24,426 bases of DNA, from IMG/VR virus record IMGVR_UViG_3300008952_000290, positions 1 to 24,426 of that record; one strand, given 5' to 3'. A model generated the notes under the pieces. The model was not told where the DNA came from and made no database searches. It saw only the letters and a list, made by a program, of their open reading frames with translations. The first letter of the stretch is position 1, and every line of letters starts with the position of its first letter. Positions 5,975 to 14,878 of this stretch are shown here, piece after piece. This DNA is from a virus. Its lineage: Duplodnaviria; Caudoviricetes. Made by a program: the position numbers and the translations under genes.

Positions 5975-6981
5975 TGTCAGAGCTAGCAGCAGGCGCAGTC
6001 GTCCTAGATCAGCTAGCGGCGGCGCAGCACCCCACAGACAACGGGACGATCTTCTACGATTCGGATACAGACAGATTTCGCGGGATCATACTCGGTCAGG
6101 CGCTGCCGTTTGGCGTTCCAGGGTATCAGCCGATCGTTAGCCTGACATCTACAGATGACTCTTCCACCTTTACCCAGTCAGTCCCGCTCATCTGCACATG
6201 GGACACCGAAAGAGAAAAGGACCCCGGCCTTTCTCACTCAAACTCTACAAACCCAAGCCGGATCACCGTTGATCACGATGGCACATACCTGATCGCGGCA
6301 AGCCTGCGCGTTACATCTTCAACCGCGCGCGCACAGACTGTAGCAAGGATCTTGGTCAATGGGGCGATCCAGGCCCAGCCATACGGGAGCGTGTATATAC
6401 GCAATTCCGGAAGCGCTAGCGATTATTGGTCTGCGGTTGTAAATCCTCCGCCGCTGAAGCTTTCGGCAGGCGATTATGTAGAGATCCAAATACAGGTAGA
6501 ATCTCAAGCGACAGTCTCCTTCGCTCCGACTTGGGTTGGCTCAGAATCCTCGTTCTCGTGCACCGCCCTTGCTGGAGAGAAGGGAGAAAAGGGAGACGAT
6601 GGGGCATCTGGAACGGTACAGATAGCACTGCCAGGCTTCGGCGCAAAGAGCGACTCACTAGGAAAATTTCTCATAGCATACGGCAAAAGCTCGGACGCAG
6701 ACGACAGCTCAAAGCCTAAGACCCGCCAGGCAATACCATTTGGCGGGAAGCTGACAAGGCTTGTCTATCAGACAAAAGAAGCAACTAGCAGCACTGTCAT
6801 GAAAGTACATATCAGCGGATCGCCAGAAGCAACAGTGACACTCTCGAACATAAACGCAGATTTCGGCGGCGTCGAAGTGATCGATATAGATGTGCTGTCG
6901 GGTTCCTATTACGAGATCGAGTATGACGCGAGCGACAAACCCGGCGAGTGCACAATGTATGCAATCTTGGAGCCTAGTTGA
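5974..6981 (+). CDS. Fibre/adhesin-like protein with C1q/TNF-like domain and short collagen linker
   Basis: WDTE..DPG..HS....SRITVDHDGTYLI...LKLSAGDYVEIQ is a C1q-like pattern. GEKGEKGDDG collagen triplets. Confidence 0.7.
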   Translation: MSELAAGAVVLDQLAAAQHPTDNGTIFYDSDTDRFRGIILGQALPFGVPGYQPIVSLTSTDDSSTFTQSVPLICTWDTEREKDPGLSHSNSTNPSRITVDHDGTYLIAASLRVTSSTARAQTVARILVNGAIQAQPYGSVYIRNSGSASDYWSAVVNPPPLKLSAGDYVEIQIQVESQATVSFAPTWVGSESSFSCTALAGEKGEKGDDGASGTVQIALPGFGAKSDSLGKFLIAYGKSSDADDSSKPKTRQAIPFGGKLTRLVYQTKEATSSTVMKVHISGSPEATVTLSNINADFGGVEVIDIDVLSGSYYEIEYDASDKPGECTMYAILEPS

Positions 6982-7604
6982 TGTGGGTAGCAATCTATAA
7001 CAGCGGGGCAGGCGGCATCGTCCGCGTTGAGGAATTCAGAAAGCGGCCCGATATCTCAACGGCAGTATGGCAATTTGAGAACGAATACACGCCGCCTGTT
7101 ACAGGCTTCGCCGGGATCGATGCCGGCTGGACATCATACACGGACCCGCCTGATGGCATGGTATGGGGCGTTGACACAGATCAGCCCGTGCACGCCCTTG
7201 TCCCCATGGCATCGGGGGAGGAGATGGAATTTGAGGCATCTTCGAAAATGTCTGATCGATCTGTTGTCTCCGATCAGGACTGGGAAGACATTGACGGCAT
7301 AGTGACATCAGTCCCAGGGATCACCTTGCAATGGTTACGGGCTAGGGGGAGGGCGATCGGACAGGTAAAGGTCAGCGGGTCAGGCTTTGAGATGCGGATC
7401 GTCAGGGGCGACCCAGCGATCCAAATGCACGCGCAAGCGTACACCCACAGCGATACAGCGGGCGGCTGGCAAATATTCGTCTTTGACACGGACGAGCCGC
7501 CTGTCGACTCGCTCACTATATATCGACTGCAGGCGCGGCTAAACGGCGCCGCGTCCGCAAGCGTTAGATTCGGCAACCTCTCAATATCTGCGCCGAGGGA
7601 TTAG
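6981..7604 (+). CDS. Hypothetical virion/fibre-associated protein
   Basis: TGATG coupling to the upstream gene. Beta-rich C-terminal half. Confidence 0.6.
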   Translation: MWVAIYNSGAGGIVRVEEFRKRPDISTAVWQFENEYTPPVTGFAGIDAGWTSYTDPPDGMVWGVDTDQPVHALVPMASGEEMEFEASSKMSDRSVVSDQDWEDIDGIVTSVPGITLQWLRARGRAIGQVKVSGSGFEMRIVRGDPAIQMHAQAYTHSDTAGGWQIFVFDTDEPPVDSLTIYRLQARLNGAASASVRFGNLSISAPRD

Positions 7605-7605
7605 C

Positions 7606-9087
7606 ATGTGCACAGCTAGCGACCCGATCCTTCTGCCATACCAAAGGGAATGGATCGCAGATCGATCACCGGTAAAGGTGTGCGAGAAGTCGAGGCGCAC
7701 GGGTATCACATGGGCATCGGCTCTAGAGGCAGTCCTAGTAGCAAGCGCGCAGAAGTCAGGCGGCGGCATGGATGTTTACTTCATGACCTATGCGGAGGAG
7801 GATGCAAAGGACTTTATCCGAGATTGTGAGACATGGGCCAAAGTGGTTGGCGTTCTTCACGGTGAGGTGTGGATAGACGAGGATGGAGGCGAGCCGCGAA
7901 CCGTCAATGGTGAGCGCGTCAAGGTTAAGATTCTGTCGATTGCGTTTGTGAACGGGCACAGGATCTGCGCCCTAGCTGGCAGGCCCCGCAAATTCAGAGG
8001 GAAGCAAGGCGCGGCGTTTATCGATGAGGCCGCACACGTGGATGATCTTGATGGCATCAGAACCGCGTGTATGGCGTTTCTCATGTGGGGCGGGCGCGTG
8101 GCTTTTATCTCGACACACTGCGGGGAAGATAACGCCTTCAACAAGCTTGTAGAGGAGGCGAGGGGCGGAACTAACCCATCATGGGGCTTCCACTCGATCC
8201 CGCTCTCAGAGGCAATCGATCAGGGCCTCGCCAGGCGAATTGCCACTGTATCAGGGGTGCCCTATACCGATGATCGCGCGGAAGAGTGGGAGGAGGAGCT
8301 ACGGACAAATTACGGGCCAGCGGCAGCAGAGGAACTTGACTGCATACCTTCCAAGCAGGGGGCCGGATACTTCGATCCAAACTCGATCGCGCTCTGTCGC
8401 AAGGCGGGTCTACAGGTCATAAGGTGGCGGCAGCCTCGTGAGTGGGGAGACACTGACAAGCGAGATCGGGAGCGAGCATGTCAAGACTGGATCGATCGGA
8501 CGCTGCTTCCTGCGCTGCGCACGCTGAATCCGATGAAAGGGAAGGCGATCGGCGTCGACTTCGCCCGATACACAGACGGCTCTGTGTGGGTGCTTGGGCA
8601 GATGACAGGCGAGGTGAGAGAGTGCGCGCTGACGCTCGAACTGTTTTGTATCCCACTCAGACAGCAAGAGCAGATATTAGGTGCCATGATATCCAACGCT
8701 ACCAGGCTGGCCCGCGTATCAATGGATGAGACTGGTAACGGATTTGCACTCAGAGAATGGGCGTCAGAGAATTTTGGGCGCATGGTCGAAGGCCATCAGC
8801 TCGGTCCAAAGTGGCATGATGAGAACTGGCCAGAACTTCACAGGGGAGTGATAGAGCGTCAGATTGACATACCTGACGATGACGATTGCGCGGAGGATTT
8901 TCGCCTCGTGGAACTGATCGACGGAAAGCCACGGGTCGCAAAACGAAGGGTTAAGGGCAGGACGGGCGCGCTTAGACACGGTGATTTCGCGGTAGCGGCG
9001 GCGCTGATGTATTGTGCAAGCAAGGGCGGGGGCTCAAGGGTCTCAGCTATGGGCGTGCCAAAGCGCCAGACGAGAAGGAGATTCTAA
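7606..9087 (+). CDS. terL: Terminase large subunit, Mu gp28-like
   Basis: LLPYQREW, Walker A-like EKSRRTGITW, Walker B AFIDEAAH, FISTH coupling motif, nuclease GVDFARYTD and HGDFAVAAAL. Confidence 0.95.
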   Translation: MCTASDPILLPYQREWIADRSPVKVCEKSRRTGITWASALEAVLVASAQKSGGGMDVYFMTYAEEDAKDFIRDCETWAKVVGVLHGEVWIDEDGGEPRTVNGERVKVKILSIAFVNGHRICALAGRPRKFRGKQGAAFIDEAAHVDDLDGIRTACMAFLMWGGRVAFISTHCGEDNAFNKLVEEARGGTNPSWGFHSIPLSEAIDQGLARRIATVSGVPYTDDRAEEWEEELRTNYGPAAAEELDCIPSKQGAGYFDPNSIALCRKAGLQVIRWRQPREWGDTDKRDRERACQDWIDRTLLPALRTLNPMKGKAIGVDFARYTDGSVWVLGQMTGEVRECALTLELFCIPLRQQEQILGAMISNATRLARVSMDETGNGFALREWASENFGRMVEGHQLGPKWHDENWPELHRGVIERQIDIPDDDDCAEDFRLVELIDGKPRVAKRRVKGRTGALRHGDFAVAAALMYCASKGGGSRVSAMGVPKRQTRRRF

Positions 9088-9088
9088 A

Positions 9089-10588
9089 ATGCCAGACGTT
9101 CAAGATACCGAGGGCAACGAAAAAAAGATAAGCAAGGGCGAATTAACGCGACAAGTCGCGGCGGAATCACGCACGGGCAGGCGCACCCCATGGCAACAAT
9201 TCATAGCCCGCGGAGTGACCCCGGTTTCACTGGGCGTGCTCCTTAGGGATGCCGCAAATTGGGATGTCTCGCGCCTCATGATTTTCGCGCAAGAGGTAGA
9301 GGAGAGAGACGCACATTACAGGTCTGTGCTCTCAACGAGGAAGATGGCAGTACGGCAGCTGCCCTGGCATATCTCGCCAGCCAGCGAAGACGAAAAGGAC
9401 GCAAGGATCGCAGAGTTTGTTTCCTGGGCGCTCTCATCTGGCGGGTTTGATTCATGCCTCGGGGATCTCCTTGACGGGATTAGCAAGGGTTTCTCAGTGG
9501 TGGAGATCATTTGGGAGCTAAACAAGGCCGATCCAGATCTGCACAAATGGAGGTATGTGCCATCTCGCTACCTGTGGAGGGATCAGCGGCACTTCGGATT
9601 TGATGAGCAGACGCAAACAGAGATCCAGCTTCTGACGGAAGACGCGCCGCAATTTGGTGAACCGCTGAAGTCCTATCGCTTCATTCAACACACTCCTCGC
9701 CTGAAAAGCGGCAAGGTGATCCGGTCTGGACTGATCTATACGGTCGCAGCCCTTCACCTTATGAAGGCATTTGTAACCAAGGATTGGTTAGCGTTCTCTG
9801 AGGTTTTTGGGATGCCTGTTGTTTATGCAGAGATGCAAGCAAACGCAACGGAGAAGGATAAAGGTGAAATCTTCACAGCACTGCAGGCTCTTGGCAGTGA
9901 TGGAAAGGCCCTGTTTTCTAATAATGTGAAGATCGAATTCCTTGGGGTGAACACCACTCATCATGGTGATTTTTACGAATCCGCCGTCAGGTTTTGGAAC
10001 CAGGAGATCAGCAAGGTCACGCTTGGGCAGACGATGACAACAGAGGATGGCGCGTCTTTATCCCAGGCAAAGGTTCATGCAGAGGTCCGGAACGACATCC
10101 GGAACAGCGACGCGCGCTCTCTCGAAGATACGATAAACAAGCAGCTGATCGCGGCTATCGTTGAACTTAATTTTGGAGCCACAGCAACACCGCCCTCGTT
10201 TTCCTTTGACGTATCAGATCCCGAGGATATGGTATCTTTCTCTGAGGCGATCGTGCCGTTTATCGATCGCGGCCTAAGTGTCAGCGTCTCAGAACTTTAC
10301 GAAAAATTCGGACTATCAAGGCCCGAAGATCCAGTCGATGCGCTTTCAGCGACACTCAGCCCAGACAATGAACAAGTAAGCGAACCGCCGGACAGCGAGG
10401 AGATGCTATCAGCGCTGCAGGTGTCCCGCGTGCTCGGGGTGCCCGTTTCCCAGGTGTTCGCGCTAGACGGCGCGGGGGAGCTGAATAGTGTGCGGATAGC
10501 GGGCGGTGGGCGGCGTTATATGGCGGCGGATGTGCAGAAGATGGAAGCACGGGCTAGCGCCCCTTTCGCGGGAACGGCGATCGAATAG
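9089..10588 (+). CDS. Portal protein, Mu gp29/DUF935-like, with C-terminal HTH extension
   Basis: EERDAHYRSVLSTRKMAV, KGFSVVEIIW, WLAFSEVFGMP, EISKVTLGQTMTT, AKVHAEVRNDI. AGGAG RBS supports ATG 9089 rather than 9014. Confidence 0.95.
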   Translation: MPDVQDTEGNEKKISKGELTRQVAAESRTGRRTPWQQFIARGVTPVSLGVLLRDAANWDVSRLMIFAQEVEERDAHYRSVLSTRKMAVRQLPWHISPASEDEKDARIAEFVSWALSSGGFDSCLGDLLDGISKGFSVVEIIWELNKADPDLHKWRYVPSRYLWRDQRHFGFDEQTQTEIQLLTEDAPQFGEPLKSYRFIQHTPRLKSGKVIRSGLIYTVAALHLMKAFVTKDWLAFSEVFGMPVVYAEMQANATEKDKGEIFTALQALGSDGKALFSNNVKIEFLGVNTTHHGDFYESAVRFWNQEISKVTLGQTMTTEDGASLSQAKVHAEVRNDIRNSDARSLEDTINKQLIAAIVELNFGATATPPSFSFDVSDPEDMVSFSEAIVPFIDRGLSVSVSELYEKFGLSRPEDPVDALSATLSPDNEQVSEPPDSEEMLSALQVSRVLGVPVSQVFALDGAGELNSVRIAGGGRRYMAADVQKMEARASAPFAGTAIE

Positions 10589-10650
10589 ATCGCGCCGCAC
10601 ATGCCTACGCGCGGGATCTCCAAAAATACGTAGCAGAGCTTGAGGCGATC

Positions 10651-11370
10651 GTGGGTGCCGAGGTGCTGTCAAGGCTCGGCGCAATGGTAAGGCTAGACGA
10701 TGGGGGCGGGTTGCGACCATCGACCCGCGCGGCACTACACGCCGCGCTTGGGCGGGCTTCCCGTCGCATCGCAGGCAAGCCAGGGGAGGCGGCCGATCGT
10801 GCTGCAGCCGAGCACGTGGAACGCATGCGCCCCGCCGCGCTTGGGATGTTTGACGATCAGATTGCCAAGCTGACAGACGGCGCAGACGAACGCGCGGAGA
10901 TCCACAGCAAAGCAGAGGCGGCTGATACGGATAGGATCGAATCGGTGATGCTTATTCGCAATGAGGATCTAGTAGAGAGCATCAGGGTCGAGGCAATCGC
11001 CAAGCTTGAGGCGCATATGCTGGCGGCGCTGATGACCCGCGGAACAAAGGACGAGCGGATCGCCCGCGCGATAGCTGGCGCCGATCTGGTGTTCACGATG
11101 ACGCAAGGCCGAGCGGATAGGATCGCCGCTTGGGAGTCGGACAGCATGAACACCGAATATGCTTCGCAATTCAATTTTGCGAACGAGATCGGGGAATACG
11201 ATTGGCTGACGCAGCGGGATTCTGAGGTGAGACCGCTACACGAGCAGCGAGACGGTGAGCGCTTCAGGTGGGCGGACCCGCCACAGGACGGCGATCCAGG
11301 CGTTGCACCCGGCTGCAGGTGTGAAGCTGTGCCTGTGCTAGAGTCGAGGCCAGATGTCAGCGGCGGGTAG
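10651..11370 (+). CDS. Head morphogenesis protein, Mu gpF/SPP1 gp7-like (true 5' end uncertain)
   Basis: RADRIA, YDWLTQRDSEVRPLH...DGERFRWADPP..GDPG...GCRC. The frame is already open from 10558. Confidence 0.9.
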   Translation: MGAEVLSRLGAMVRLDDGGGLRPSTRAALHAALGRASRRIAGKPGEAADRAAAEHVERMRPAALGMFDDQIAKLTDGADERAEIHSKAEAADTDRIESVMLIRNEDLVESIRVEAIAKLEAHMLAALMTRGTKDERIARAIAGADLVFTMTQGRADRIAAWESDSMNTEYASQFNFANEIGEYDWLTQRDSEVRPLHEQRDGERFRWADPPQDGDPGVAPGCRCEAVPVLESRPDVSGG

Positions 11371-12322
11371 TATTCCAAGGGTGCTGATCTGGGTGGCGGG
11401 TAATATTATAAGGGTTGCGCGCTGGGCACTTGTGAGGCCAGGCGATCAACTCGCCAAGCTCACAGGCGGCACACACGATCGCGCACACTCGGCGATAGAT
11501 GATGACCAGGAAGGACCAGACGCGCCGCCGATCGGAAAAATAGAGGCGGCGCGAACACGGATCCAGACAGTGGGCGCATGGGCTGGATCCGCGTCGCTAT
11601 CGCACCCCGCGAGAGATGTCGCCGCTATGGTTTCGGCCGGAATTAATCGCGCAGACATCATCGTTAACGATCACAGCGCCTGGCGAAAAAAGCAGAAATT
11701 CAGCATAAGGACGCGAGAAAGGCTGATCCGCTTGGCGGGCGAGTGCCATGCCTCCGGGATCGATGTCCATCTGATGTCGTGGATCATGCCCCATAGGGAA
11801 TATTTGGAGGATGCTGCAAAATTCCTGATCCCCCTCATGGATGACACTGGCGCAAATTCGCTGATCTGGGATGCAGAGGAACCGTTTACCCAGGCGCGTA
11901 ACCCGATGAATTACTCAGAGGTTGCATCTCTTGTGGCGTCGCTGTTCGCAGGACGGAAATTCGAAATGGGAGTGACAGGGATCCGATATGCCCCGAGGCG
12001 AAAGCTTGGCCCGCTGATCGCTGTGTGTGACTACGCGGTGCCCCAGTGCTACAGCACAAGCACGAGCAAGGCTGATCCGTCGACAGTCGTCAGCAGGGGC
12101 GTCAGGCAATGGCGAGATAAATTCGGAGAAGAGATCCGGATCGTCCCCGCGCTCGCGGCCTATCGCCAGACAGGGATCCGCGGGCACTCTGCCGGATCAG
12201 CGATGCGCGCGGCAATTGATGACGCGCAGCAGCACAGCAGCACGGTGATCTATTGGGGGATCAATTCGATAAGGAGATCCCCAGATGTTACGCGAGCGAT
12301 CGCAGGGATCCGCGATCGGTGA
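11354..12322 (+). CDS. Putative glycoside hydrolase-like TIM-barrel protein (candidate cell-wall hydrolase/endolysin)
   Basis: Alternating beta/alpha pattern with CHASGIDVHLMSW, LIWDAEE, CDYAVPQCY, IVPALAAY and VIYWG. Confidence 0.55.
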   Translation: MSAAGSIPRVLIWVAGNIIRVARWALVRPGDQLAKLTGGTHDRAHSAIDDDQEGPDAPPIGKIEAARTRIQTVGAWAGSASLSHPARDVAAMVSAGINRADIIVNDHSAWRKKQKFSIRTRERLIRLAGECHASGIDVHLMSWIMPHREYLEDAAKFLIPLMDDTGANSLIWDAEEPFTQARNPMNYSEVASLVASLFAGRKFEMGVTGIRYAPRRKLGPLIAVCDYAVPQCYSTSTSKADPSTVVSRGVRQWRDKFGEEIRIVPALAAYRQTGIRGHSAGSAMRAAIDDAQQHSSTVIYWGINSIRRSPDVTRAIAGIRDR

Positions 12323-12365
12323 TTAGATATAAATAGCAGCGCGCAATCTGCGCTATACACTATTC

Positions 12366-12404
12366 TTGACACGCGAACGGATTCGCCCCCACAATGGGTG
12401 CGTG
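12366..12404 (+). promoter_or_regulatory. Putative sigma70-like promoter of the capsid operon
   Basis: TTGACA(12366-12371)-18 nt-CACAAT(12390-12395)-6 nt-in-frame GTG(12402). Follows an AT-richer intergenic stretch. Confidence 0.55.
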
Positions 12405-13475
12405 CCGTCCGTGCCGACGACTGACGCCGATCCGGCTCGCGCCTCTTTCGCTGGTGGCGCGATCGATCTATTTGCTCTCGACGGTGACGGTGACGAGTCG
12501 CGCGGCACTGTGCCGACGACGATCCCCCTTGCACCGATCGGTGATGTTGAGGCGCGCGACGGCCGTTTTTTTCGACTCCCGGAGGAAGATGTCTCGGATG
12601 TCATAGCGAGAACGCGCGCCGATTACCCAGACGGTTTTGTGCTCGACTGGTGGCACGACGCTGAGAGCGGGCACCCGGTGAGGGAGGCATGGGCGGCGGC
12701 CTGGATCGATCCTGCGAGCATGAGAATCGAGGGCGGGCTACTTGTTGCGGATGTTGAGTGGACGGAAGACGGCGCAAGGAGCGTGGCGTCTAGATCTGTC
12801 AGGTATATTTCACCCGCTTTTATTCCTGACGCCGAAACGCGGGTGATTCAGCAATTTACCTCGGCTGCGCTGACGAACACACCAGCGCTAAGAATGCCAG
12901 CGCTAAACAATAGAGAAAGTGCAGATATGTCAGAAAAAACCAACAACCCATCAGGCGTGCGCGCTGTGCTAGGGCTCCAAAAGGACGCGACGCACGACGA
13001 GATCACAGCGCTAGTTGTTTCGCATAAGCGAGACGCGGAAGCCTTCGCTGCCCTTAAGCTGGAGCACGGATCCACGATCGAATTGCTTGAGGCGAGCAAG
13101 GGCCAATTGGCAAATGCCCTTGGCAAGATCGAGATGCTAGAGAGGGCAGACGCAGATCGTGCCGCTGAGGCGTTTGAGGTGAAGCGCGATCAGGCAATCA
13201 TGGGAGCCCTAGAGGCTGGCAAGATCACGCCTGCTGAAGTTGACAAATACACAGCGATCGCGCGAGACGAGGCCGGCTTGACAGGCCTCGTGGATCTGTT
13301 TTCCGTCAAGCCGGACATGGGATTGACCAAGGTCACGCCCGGGCTCACTGAACCGCCCAAGGGCACAACCGAAGCTAGCTACATCGCAGGGTATGACACA
13401 GCCGAGGAATTCTCCAAGGCGGCCGGCGTGCCTCTCGCGTTCTCTAGAAAGAAATTTGAGGAAAGAAACCAATGA
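12402..13475 (+). CDS. Prohead protease plus scaffold, Mu gpI/gpZ-like
   Basis: ARDGR, LDWWH, AAAWID, VEWTEDGA...RYISPAF, AALTNTPAL, then a helical scaffold-like C-terminal half. Possible internal start at ATG 12927 (MSEK). The ORF track starts it at TTG 12366. Confidence 0.92.
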   Translation: MPSVPTTDADPARASFAGGAIDLFALDGDGDESRGTVPTTIPLAPIGDVEARDGRFFRLPEEDVSDVIARTRADYPDGFVLDWWHDAESGHPVREAWAAAWIDPASMRIEGGLLVADVEWTEDGARSVASRSVRYISPAFIPDAETRVIQQFTSAALTNTPALRMPALNNRESADMSEKTNNPSGVRAVLGLQKDATHDEITALVVSHKRDAEAFAALKLEHGSTIELLEASKGQLANALGKIEMLERADADRAAEAFEVKRDQAIMGALEAGKITPAEVDKYTAIARDEAGLTGLVDLFSVKPDMGLTKVTPGLTEPPKGTTEASYIAGYDTAEEFSKAAGVPLAFSRKKFEERNQ

Positions 13476-13864
13476 CCGTTTCAACAAACATGGCCACTCT
13501 CGGCACGCCGGTTACGCAAACCGCCGTTGCCGCTGAGGCCATTGATCCGTCGAACCTTGTTGCGCTGAACGCCGCGGGCCTTTTGGTCCCTGCGGGAAGC
13601 GGAGCCGCTGTTACCTTTCTCGGTTGGTCTGAGAGTGGCGGCGCAATCGGTGATGTCATCAAATTCGCGCGCGGATACGTCGGATTCGAGAACGATGTGG
13701 CGGCGCCTGTCACCCAGGCCGATGTCGGTTTAGCTGGCAAGGTCGGAAACGACGGAACGAGTATTACCTTTTCACCAGCAGCAGGCACGGGCCTAGTCGC
13801 CGGCAAGATCACCAGCATCGACGCAGAGGGGCTCGTTTGGGTTGACACCCGTACCGTGCTCTAG
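13472..13864 (+). CDS. Capsid decoration/cement protein (putative)
   Basis: Small G/A/V-rich protein between protease and capsid. Motifs VTQADVG and GLVWVD. ATGA overlap. Confidence 0.7.
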   Translation: MTVSTNMATLGTPVTQTAVAAEAIDPSNLVALNAAGLLVPAGSGAAVTFLGWSESGGAIGDVIKFARGYVGFENDVAAPVTQADVGLAGKVGNDGTSITFSPAAGTGLVAGKITSIDAEGLVWVDTRTVL

Positions 13865-13882
13865 TCTGAAAGGAATCGAACG

Positions 13883-14806
13883 ATGGGAACCAACGTTACA
13901 GGAAGCCAGCCGTTTAGCTCTGAGGTCTATTTGACTCAGATCTTTCCGGATATTTTCAAAAGCGCATTTGAAAATGCGATGACCGTACACAGCCAGGCCG
14001 GCGGCCTGCTGATGGATGTCGAAAGCGACACAGAGCAGAACATCTACACTTTTCTGTCGCAGTCGATTGGAATGCAGAAATGGGAAGGCGAGCGCAAAGT
14101 TCGCGAGCTTTCCGGTAGTGAATTCACCGTCGTAAATGATGATTTCGAGCTTACCTATGGAATCAAGCGGGATGCGTTGCTTGATCGCTCGCGCATTCAG
14201 GGAATTAGCGACTACATCACAAAGATGGGCGAGGCAGCAGCCGAGCACAAAGATCGCCTTTCTTGGGAGTTCCTTGATCTCCAGGGGACTACAGCCCTTT
14301 GCTATGATGGGACGCCGCTTATTGGCGCAGCTCACCCGCTTAAGAAGGGTTCGGATTGGTCCAACATCGACACCACAGGGGCTGGCCCTAAGTGGTTCTT
14401 GATGGATACGCGCACCAGTAGCCGCGCCGTTCTTTTTCAGACGCGAGAGGCTTATAGTCTTGAGGTTCTCAGTGCTGACGTCGAGAACAGCGAGCGCGGA
14501 TTCATGCGCCGTGAGCACCTCGTCGGAGCGTTCTCGCGTGTTGCCGTTGCGCCTGCGATGCCACACAGGGTCTTTCAGAGTACAGCTACCCTCGACTTCG
14601 CCGGGTTCTCTGATGCCCGTGCGCAAATGCGGCGATTCAGGGGCGACGGAGATCGGCCAATCATGGTTCAGCCTAATGTTCTGATGGTTCCCCCGGAGCT
14701 TGAGACAACAGCCCTGCAACTGATGCAGAATGAGCGAAACAGCTCGGGCTCGTCTAACATTCTCCGCGGCGCCGCGGAGGTTGTGGTCAATCCGTTCCTC
14801 GCATAA
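13883..14806 (+). CDS. Major capsid protein, Mu gpT-like
   Basis: MQKWEGER, NDDFELTYGIKRD, LCYDGTPL...HP, WFLMDT, PNVLMVPPELETTA, EVVVNPFL. AAGGA RBS. Confidence 0.95.
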   Translation: MGTNVTGSQPFSSEVYLTQIFPDIFKSAFENAMTVHSQAGGLLMDVESDTEQNIYTFLSQSIGMQKWEGERKVRELSGSEFTVVNDDFELTYGIKRDALLDRSRIQGISDYITKMGEAAAEHKDRLSWEFLDLQGTTALCYDGTPLIGAAHPLKKGSDWSNIDTTGAGPKWFLMDTRTSSRAVLFQTREAYSLEVLSADVENSERGFMRREHLVGAFSRVAVAPAMPHRVFQSTATLDFAGFSDARAQMRRFRGDGDRPIMVQPNVLMVPPELETTALQLMQNERNSSGSSNILRGAAEVVVNPFLA

Positions 14807-14827
14807 GGCGTCTGTGTTGCGCCCTTG

Positions 14828-14855
14828 GCCCCGTCCGGCATAGCCGCGGCGGGGC
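14828..14855 (+). terminator. GC-rich stem-loop after the capsid gene (attenuator or mRNA stabiliser)
   Basis: GCCCCGTC-CGGC-ATA-GCCG-C-GGCGGGGC. No U-tract, so termination is uncertain. Confidence 0.45.
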
Positions 14856-14878
14856 ACAGGCGGTGAAAGGCTCTTTCG

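Noticed and set aside
9014-9088. Extended portal start at 9014 (likewise 2823, 3052, 15259, 18527)
   Set aside because: These starts overlap upstream genes. Downstream starts have an RBS, stop-start coupling or promoter spacing in their favour.
13793-14857. 354-aa minus-strand ORF
   Set aside because: It is the antisense shadow of the major capsid gene and has no recognisable motifs. The other minus-strand and nested ORFs in the track were rejected for the same reason.
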